Program-made: the position numbers and the translations under genes
Shown: positions 59,301 through 64,000 of the stretch, piece after piece
Position numbering within the stretch: position 1 is the stretch's first letter
How the letters are laid out: each line of letters starts with the position of its first letter
Assembly: GCA_013696965.1 (NCBI GenBank)
Contig: JACCXN010000009.1
Span: forward strand, 6,751-70,750
Direction: 5' to 3'
DNA length: 64,000 bases
Source of the DNA: Bacteroidota bacterium
Lineage (GTDB): Bacteria > Bacteroidota > Bacteroidia > JACCXN01
Notes under the pieces: model-generated
What the model was told of the DNA's origin: nothing
The model's input: the letters and a program-made list of their open reading frames with translations, nothing else
The model's database searches: none

Positions 59301-60609
59301 GATTATTTAGATATGAATTGGCTTGTAAGAAATTCCTTACAGGTTCCAAATTGCTGACTTTGTCATAAAGACTATTCACTTTATTGTCAGGATATGTTCC
59401 GGAATTTTGTGTTATATATCCTGATTGATGATAAAAATTTGGTTCACCCAAATCCATAAAACCTACAACATTACGAATGTTTGTAGTGGAGGAAATATTG
59501 GTATTTGTAATCCAAACCTCAACCTTTGTAATATTAACAGTGGAACTGATAATTGGCATTGTTGCCATGGAATTGTCATAATTTTCCCTGAAATAATTAG
59601 CAAGAAAAAAGTGCTTGTTATATTCATAATTGTCGGCAGAAATATCAAAATAACTGGTTTGTGCACCACCCGAAGTTTCAACCTCCTGCTTTTTCCCCCT
59701 TTGTTGAGAGAAAACACTTGTTACAGTTAATCTTCCGAACTGCAATTGAGTTTTAATCCCAAACAAACTTTGGCTACCGGTAATTAGGGATCCGGTAAGT
59801 GGAAGATTAACATTTCCTGCTTCTATTTTTTTAATGATTTCATCTTCATAACCAGTATATTCTAGTTTCATTTGATTTTCAAAATCAAATGTTGCTTCTG
59901 TATTGTAGCTGGTTGTAAGTTTTAATTTTTCACCGATATTTCCAACTACATTAAGTTGAATTTTTTGATTGAAATCAAATGCTGTTTGTCGCCTGTTCCT
60001 TTCAGGTATAGCAGGATTATCAATCCTATTGGACATAACCCCAAAAATCAACTCTGCTGTTCCCTGAGGTTTAATATCTACAATATTCCCCCCAAATATT
60101 CGGTCAAAAGCCTCTCCCCCTACATGAATTTTTGGAATAATGGGATTTTCTTTGTCAATGGTCTCTGCATCAATTTTTTGTCGCCAATAATCCTTGGTAG
60201 ACTTATCCATTTTGTAATTGACGTATTCATCAAAAGTCATATAAACAGGGCTTCTGTAATTCCTATCGCCTAACTTTTGTTCATAATTGTAATTTCCTGT
60301 TTCAACATCATACGAAAATTCACTTTGTATATTTGATGGGTCCTTTAAATACATAGAACCATTGGAACCAGAACTAGGGAAAGGATCCCAACTTTGATCA
60401 TTAAATGGAAAAGGAAGTGGTTCAGACTCCTTAGTGTTGGGAATTGTATCATCGAGGGTCAAAATAGATTGACCTTCCGTTTTCTCATCTCCAGCTTCTA
60501 GAGCATAAAGATATTCTGCCGGAGAGATTTCTGCATTTGAAACCCAGGCAATTGTAAAAAACGAAATAGCCGACAATGCGGAAATAATAATGTTTCTGCT
60601 GTTTTTCAA
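53359..60609 (-). CDS. sprA: Cell-surface protein SprA (the Sov-type T9SS outer-membrane translocon).
   Basis: The 2416-aa length matches SprA family members of about 2400 aa. It has a signal peptide, an enormous beta-rich sequence with an aromatic C-terminal residue, and a conserved position next to ruvA. Confidence 0.9.
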   Translation of the reverse strand: MKNSRNIIISALSAISFFTIAWVSNAEISPAEYLYALEAGDEKTEGQSILTLDDTIPNTKESEPLPFPFNDQSWDPFPSSGSNGSMYLKDPSNIQSEFSYDVETGNYNYEQKLGDRNYRSPVYMTFDEYVNYKMDKSTKDYWRQKIDAETIDKENPIIPKIHVGGEAFDRIFGGNIVDIKPQGTAELIFGVMSNRIDNPAIPERNRRQTAFDFNQKIQLNVVGNIGEKLKLTTSYNTEATFDFENQMKLEYTGYEDEIIKKIEAGNVNLPLTGSLITGSQSLFGIKTQLQFGRLTVTSVFSQQRGKKQEVETSGGAQTSYFDISADNYEYNKHFFLANYFRENYDNSMATMPIISSTVNITKVEVWITNTNISSTTNIRNVVGFMDLGEPNFYHQSGYITQNSGTYPDNKVNSLYDKVSNLEPVRNFLQANSYLNNQTQLEFAIDYDVAQGARLLTPAEYTFHPQLGFISLNQTLNPDQVLSVAFQYTVGGSPDIYQVGEFSTDGINGEKALVLKLLKSTNLNTQIPLWDLMMKNIYSIGAYSVNKEGFKLDVVYNSIEQGINIPYLPEGAYRGRPLIQVLGLDRLNAQEDASSDGVFDFLPGRTINPQNGRIYFPVIEPFGSHLRKQITGGDDNLQTVANKYVFEPLYDTTKIAAQQRPDLNRFRIKGSYQSTSSSEISLNAMNVPQGSVVVTAGGATLVEGSDYTVDYTLGRVKIINASLLESNTPIKVSLESNQLFAIQSKSLFGTHLDYKISNDFTVGATIMNLTERPLTQKVNFGDEPMSNTIWGLDANYRTDAPILTKLVDKLPFLATKEMSTITFQGEFAHLIPGNSKAIGKEGVSYLDDFEGSQSVIDIRSSFAWSLASTPQKQTNLFPEANFVNDLRYGFNRAKLAWYTIDPLFWRDNNLTPTHIKGSEMQSNHYMREILETEIFPNRVPPQGQVMNMPVLDLALYPNEKGPYNYDVQPSAYSAGIDQNGLLNDPASRWAGIMRKIDQNDFETANIEYIQFWVMDPFHSDNGVATHSGGDLYFNLGNISEDILRDDRKSFEHGLPTTASVTNVDTTAWGRVSSLQSLVNAFDTKEEARPFQDIGYDGLSDEDEKTFFDNIYLANIASIYGVNSPAYQKALQDPSGDNFKYFRGTAQDDDQRNILERYKEFNGVEGNSKTSQNETEAFPTASSPSPNIEDINRDNTLSTNESYYQYKVSLRPQDMVVGQNYITDKVTGSGKTKDGEQIDVDWYQFKIPVRNPEKVIGGIQDFTSIRFVRMFLTGFTDSVICRFGRLELVRGEWRKYLYDLRSPGEYLADDASGSTLFDVGAVNIEENGVKTPVNYILPPGIDRVIDAANPQLRRLNEQSMVLKACDLEDGDAKAAYRNTNFDVRSYKKLKMFVHAEALNNQVLNDGDLRLFVRLGRDYNENYYEYEIPLVVTPPGKYNGDSEADRIKVWPLINEIDLPFELLTALKLDRNAAQVPFNIPYTRKNGEHVLAVVGNPQLSEISSIMIGVRNPKKEGTDDSDDGFAKCVEIWVNELRLSDFDKRNGWATTGRVSAKLADFGDVTVAGNMSTPGFGSIEKKISERQRADIRSYDLSGNFRMGRLLPENFNLSIPMFLGYSEGFINPQFHPNDPDIEFDDLLKIDDKSVRDSIKESVQDYTRRRSINFANVKKEKGKGASKSRIYDVENLSFTYSYNEIFKRDINTEYNETKLYRGAVMYSFSTSPKNIKPFSKSKLLNKSKYAKLITDFNFNLMPSRLSFSTSLDRMFNEVQIRNNSGFADYVIPPTFNKNFTMTRMYEVRHDITKSLKFDFTATNNARIMEPDGKIDTQEKKDSINQSLKELGTNVLYNHAMNLNYTWPINKFPLTDWVNLTTRIGGTYDWMRAPFAANELGNTIKNSRSEQWNGQFNFLTLYNKVPYLKKVNQKYSGKGGARQAPKPPVPKPALPDSLKGKEKEKDPNKFNIYEQSARVIMSVKNASFTYTDNSGTILPGYSKPTTLLGMDNFNAPGWGFISGHQDTSFAMRAVREGWLMEESLLMTPYATTNSKNFNARTNIEPLKDLRLELNVTRNVGKSNSEFIRWNDDLGEFVRESRMETGNFSMSYVSWNTSFIRDLEDGSSPVFQQFMDNRIAISNKLANEREAETGLPVGVNQDGYREGYGATSQDVLIPAFLAAYSGTDANSASTSLMPKIPKPNWRITYDGLSKLDLFKKYFKSFTLSHAYRSSYNIGSYSTNMLFVENAGPGYTDKMDINDNYIPQFQIAQISITEQFSPLINMDMTWHNSLITRIELKRDRNLAFNFTDNRLQESKGNEVIVGFGYRFKNVPFPFKIGPTKTKVQSDLNCRADISVRDNRIMMRSIDDNLHQPTGGQRIISIKLAADYVLNSRVNLRLFFDKILTSPVITNSFPSSNTNAGISLRFTLS

Positions 60610-60755
60610 CTGCTAGGCTGTTTATTTTTTTAGAAAATGAATTTCTAATTTAAGTAGATATTCAATCGATAGGCTATAGCAGTTTTATATTTTTCATAGG
60701 AGAAATAAAGATGAATATACACCTTTTTTTATTTATTAACAATAGGGTTTTTATA

Positions 60756-61346
60756 TTACAAACTTTTTAATGCATCCTTAATTAATTGCTCAACCAATAA
60801 CTCATGCTCACTATTTTTTATTGCTTTGTCAACTGCCTTTTCTGCAGCCAATTTTCCAAAACCTAGCATTACCAATGCAGACAGAGCTTCATTTCTGGTA
60901 TTATTTGTTTGCGTTAATTCTATTCCTTGCAATAAGGATTCTTTTGAGAGTTTATCTTTCAAATCAACAATTAACCTTTGAGCTGATTTAAGACTGACTC
61001 CCTTAACCCTTTGCAGCAATGTTACATCTCCATTTGAAATTGCTTGTATGATCTCTCTGGGATTTAAGGAAGATAAAACCATTCGTGCCGTACCAGGTCC
61101 AATTCCTGAAACAGAAATCAGGTTTTTAAATAGATTTCTTTCTTCATTGTCTGCAAAACCGTATAGAATTGGGGTTCCCTCCCTTGCAACAATATGCAGG
61201 TGAGCAAATAATTTAACACGATTCCCTTCTGTTAAAACAGAAAAGGTATTGAGTGAAATATTAAGGTAATAACCAACTCCGCCGCAATCTATCACTGCAT
61301 AAGTAGGTGTTTTTTCTACAAGTTTGCCTTCTAAATGAGTTATCAT
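60756..61346 (-). CDS. ruvA: Holliday junction branch-migration complex subunit RuvA.
   Basis: MITHLEGKLVEKTPTYAVIDCGGVGYYLNISLNT… plus HhH motifs …LISVSGIGPGTARMVLS…; 196 aa. Confidence 0.95.
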   Translation of the reverse strand: MITHLEGKLVEKTPTYAVIDCGGVGYYLNISLNTFSVLTEGNRVKLFAHLHIVAREGTPILYGFADNEERNLFKNLISVSGIGPGTARMVLSSLNPREIIQAISNGDVTLLQRVKGVSLKSAQRLIVDLKDKLSKESLLQGIELTQTNNTRNEALSALVMLGFGKLAAEKAVDKAIKNSEHELLVEQLIKDALKSL

Positions 61347-61357
61347 AGTATAGGTAA

Positions 61358-63634
61358 TTATTTTCTGATTCTTGACTGGGCATCCACTACAGCAATGGTT
61401 ACCATATTTACAATTTCTCTAATTGAACTTCCGAGTTGAAGTATATGTACGGGCTTTTTCATTCCGATCAAAATCGGCCCAATTGCTTCTGCTGCACCCA
61501 ATTCCTGTATAAGTTTATAGGCTATATTTCCTGAAACAAGGTTTGGGAATATCAAAACATTTGCATTGCGATCAGCCAATTGTGAAAATGGAAATTGTTC
61601 ATTGCGCAATTCTTTATTTAAAGCCATATTTGCCTGCATTTCCCCATCAACAACAAGATCAGGATGGTTTTTATGTAAAAAGGAAACCGCTTCTCTTATT
61701 TTGCGTGTCTCATCACTTTCCGAGGAACCAAAATTGGAATATGAAAGCATAGCAACATGAGGTTGAATACTAAGTTGTTTAACTGCTTCAGCTGTAAGTA
61801 AAGTTATATCAACCAGATCTTCAACAGTAGGATTCACATTTACTGTTGTATCAGCAAAAAACAAAGGCCCAGACTTGGTAATCATTATATACATTCCTGC
61901 AACTCTTCTTACATCTGCCCTTTTACCAATAATTTGAAGAGCAGGCCTTATTGTATCGGGATATTTTCTGGTTAGGCCAGAAATTAATGCATCTGCCTCA
62001 CCCATTTCCACCATCATTGATCCAAAATAATTTCTTTCCTGCATTACTTTCCTGGCTTCATATAAAGTAAAACCACGTCTTTTCCTTTTATTAAAAAGAA
62101 TATCTCCGAAAGTTTTTCTTCTCTCCTCCTCTTGCTTACTTCTAGGATCTATGATTTGAATATGACCCAAATCCAAAGCGTTTTCCTTTATCAAATGTTT
62201 TATTTTTTCCTTATCTCCTAAAAGTATCGGAACGGCTATACCTTCATCTGAAACTATCTGGGCTGCTTTTAAAATTTTATAATTATCTGCTTCTGCAAAA
62301 ACAACCCTTTGTGGATTTTGTTTGGCCTTGTTGGTTATATTCCTGATTAATTTGTTGTCAAGGCCAAGTCGTTTTTTAAGTTCTTCATTATATGCTTCCC
62401 AATCAGTAATAATATTACGGGCAACACCTGATTTAATTGCAGCTTTGGCCACTGCAGGAGCAACATTTGTAATAAGCCTTGGATCAAGTGGTTTTGGAAT
62501 TATATAATCACTTCCGAACATAATGTTTTTTGAATCATAGGCAACATTTACTATTTCAGGAACATTTTCTTTCGCAAGGGCTGCAATGGATTTTACTGCT
62601 GCCAGCTTCATTTCTTCATTTATACAGGTTGCCCTTACATCTAGTGCTCCCCGGAAAATATATGGAAAGCCAAGTACATTGTTTACCTGGTTAGGGTAAT
62701 CAGATCTGCCAGTTGCCAAAATTATATCTTTTCTTGCTGCAATGGCATCTTTATATGCAATTTCAGGATCAGGATTGGCAAGAGCAAATACAATAGGTTT
62801 TTTAGCCATTGATTTAACCATGGCAACTGAAACAACATTACCTTTTGAAAGACCAAGAAAAACATCTGCATTTTTCATAGATTCCTCTAAAGTGTATATA
62901 TTTCTAGAAGTAGCAAAATATTTTTTCTGTACATCCAAATCTGCAATATCCTTTCGTATCACACCTTTGCTATCACACATTACCAGGTTATCCAATTTTG
63001 CACCCATTGCAATATATAGTTTTGCACAAGATATGGCAGAAGCCCCAGCACCATTTACTACTATTTTAACTTTTTCAATTTTTTTCCCAGCAATTTCAAG
63101 TGCATTTAACAGGGCTGCCGATGTTATAATAGCAGTGCCATGCTGATCATCATGCATTATTGGAATATCAAGTTCCTCTTTTAATCTTCTTTCTATCTCA
63201 AAACATTCGGGAGCTTTAATATCTTCCAAATTAATTCCTCCAAAAGTAGGGGCTATTGCTTTTACCGTATTTACAAATAGATCAATATCCTTTGCATCTA
63301 CTTCAATATCAAAAACATCTATGTCTGCAAAAATTTTAAACAACAATCCTTTTCCCTCCATAACGGGCTTTGAAGCCTCTGGGCCAATATCCCCCAGACC
63401 TAAAACTGCAGTTCCATTCGAAATTACTGCAACAAGGTTTCCCTTCGCAGTATATTTATATACGTCTTCTTTATTTTTTTCTATTTTAAGACAAGGTTCA
63501 GCTACCCCTGGGCTATAGGCCAATGAAAGATCCCGTTGTGAACTGTATGGTTTAGTGGGTACAACTTCAATTTTCCCAGGTCTACCCTGAGAATGATAAT
63601 CTAATGCCTCTTGTTTTCTGATTTTAACTCCCAT
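61358..63634 (-). CDS. maeB: NADP-dependent malic enzyme (malic enzyme plus a phosphotransacetylase-like C-terminal domain).
   Basis: N-terminal malic-enzyme motifs (…DLSLAYSPGVAEPC…VISNGTAVLGLGDIG…) and a PTA-like C-terminal domain; 758 aa. Confidence 0.95.
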   Translation of the reverse strand: MGVKIRKQEALDYHSQGRPGKIEVVPTKPYSSQRDLSLAYSPGVAEPCLKIEKNKEDVYKYTAKGNLVAVISNGTAVLGLGDIGPEASKPVMEGKGLLFKIFADIDVFDIEVDAKDIDLFVNTVKAIAPTFGGINLEDIKAPECFEIERRLKEELDIPIMHDDQHGTAIITSAALLNALEIAGKKIEKVKIVVNGAGASAISCAKLYIAMGAKLDNLVMCDSKGVIRKDIADLDVQKKYFATSRNIYTLEESMKNADVFLGLSKGNVVSVAMVKSMAKKPIVFALANPDPEIAYKDAIAARKDIILATGRSDYPNQVNNVLGFPYIFRGALDVRATCINEEMKLAAVKSIAALAKENVPEIVNVAYDSKNIMFGSDYIIPKPLDPRLITNVAPAVAKAAIKSGVARNIITDWEAYNEELKKRLGLDNKLIRNITNKAKQNPQRVVFAEADNYKILKAAQIVSDEGIAVPILLGDKEKIKHLIKENALDLGHIQIIDPRSKQEEERRKTFGDILFNKRKRRGFTLYEARKVMQERNYFGSMMVEMGEADALISGLTRKYPDTIRPALQIIGKRADVRRVAGMYIMITKSGPLFFADTTVNVNPTVEDLVDITLLTAEAVKQLSIQPHVAMLSYSNFGSSESDETRKIREAVSFLHKNHPDLVVDGEMQANMALNKELRNEQFPFSQLADRNANVLIFPNLVSGNIAYKLIQELGAAEAIGPILIGMKKPVHILQLGSSIREIVNMVTIAVVDAQSRIRK

Positions 63635-63794
63635 AACAGTATTTTAATAACCGTCAAAAGTAATAAAATTCGGCAATTTGTTAATTTCATTAATAAAATG
63701 ATTGAATTAAATTTTATTTATTAATATTGTTTCTTGAACTTTGATTTACTTAAATTATTAATAGTGTTTAAATGCGGTAGTTCATAAAAGTAGG

Positions 63795-64000
63795 ATGACA
63801 AAAAAAGAACTGGTTGTATTTACGGGAGCTGGAATTAGCGCAGAAAGTGGCATAAAGACCTTCAGGGACAGTGGAGGCCTGTGGGAAGAATTTGATATAT
63901 ATGAAGTTGCAACTCCTGAGGCTTGGAATAAAAATCAAAAGTTAGTTCTGGAATTTTACAATGCACGAAGAAAGCAGGTTCTTTCTGCTATTCCTAATGC
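63795..64000 (+). CDS. NAD-dependent protein deacylase (sirtuin, CobB-like); the 5' part continues past the window edge.
   Basis: [44 protein letters not shown]… is the canonical Sir2 N-terminus (GAGIS…FR). It is not in the supplied ORF track because it is truncated by the window edge. Confidence 0.8.
   Translation, partial: MTKKELVVFTGAGISAESGIKTFRDSGGLWEEFDIYEVATPEAWNKNQKLVLEFYNARRKQVLSAIPN

Noticed and set aside
1-64000. Scan for tRNA, rRNA, CRISPR arrays, integrases, transposases and phage genes
   Set aside because: I found no T-loop GTTCGAATC-type tRNA signatures, no rRNA-like conserved stretches, no regularly spaced direct repeats and no recombinase- or transposase-like ORF translations. 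The only mobile-like feature is the short non-autonomous repeat at 2818-4313.

Overview
This is an AT-rich (~35% GC) chromosomal segment that I attribute to a Bacteroidota genome, probably Flavobacteriia, Cytophagia or Sphingobacteriia. The attribution rests on T9SS type A and type B C-terminal sorting domains, a 2416-aa SprA next to ruvA, TAnnTTTG-like -7 promoter elements, and T9SS/gliding-associated gene content. I support about 50 protein-coding genes and find no rRNA, tRNA, CRISPR array, integrase or transposase.

Most of the window is ordinary housekeeping or envelope biology:
- Core metabolism: gpmI, metH, fcl, gmd, deoC, gcvH, maeB, an M20 peptidase and an HI0933-like flavoprotein.
- DNA and RNA functions: ruvA, tsaB and the start of a sirtuin (cobB-like).
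- Respiration: ctaB plus heme-copper oxidase subunit III paralogs, a subunit IV-like protein, SCO and a DUF420 protein.
- Envelope and transport: mscL, a TolC plus HlyD-type adaptor pair, two tandem TonB genes, and an LPS/capsule locus with a WbpL-type glycosyltransferase flanked by two paralogous outer-membrane proteins.

The less ordinary parts are these:
- The first 5.3 kb looks decayed or accessory. It holds a frameshifted PAS-SpoIIE phosphatase pseudogene, an orphan LytTR response regulator, and two secreted copper-oxidase genes. The larger oxidase carries a T9SS CTD and is bracketed by three copies of a 55-97 bp REP/MITE-like repeat that also duplicates the gene's promoter-proximal region.
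- A 1053-aa T9SS type B CTD cargo protein with four PKD-like modules has no adjacent PorP/SprF-like partner gene.
- Three sensor-coupled SpoIIE/PP2C phosphatases (PAS or TPR fused), counting the pseudogene, sit next to histidine kinases with no STAS/anti-sigma partner in view.
- An uncharacterised trio lies between mscL and tsaB: a polytopic membrane protein, a WG-repeat lipoprotein and a small standalone YD-repeat secreted protein.
- An MtfA(M90)-like zinc peptidase is fused to a polytopic membrane domain.
- A catalytically truncated ALDH paralog sits beside a full ALDH.
- A 315-bp untranslated gap contains an 18-bp perfect inverted repeat plus a strong terminator hairpin, which I flag as a candidate sRNA or operator.

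Every call comes from reading ORF translations and DNA by eye. No database search was run.
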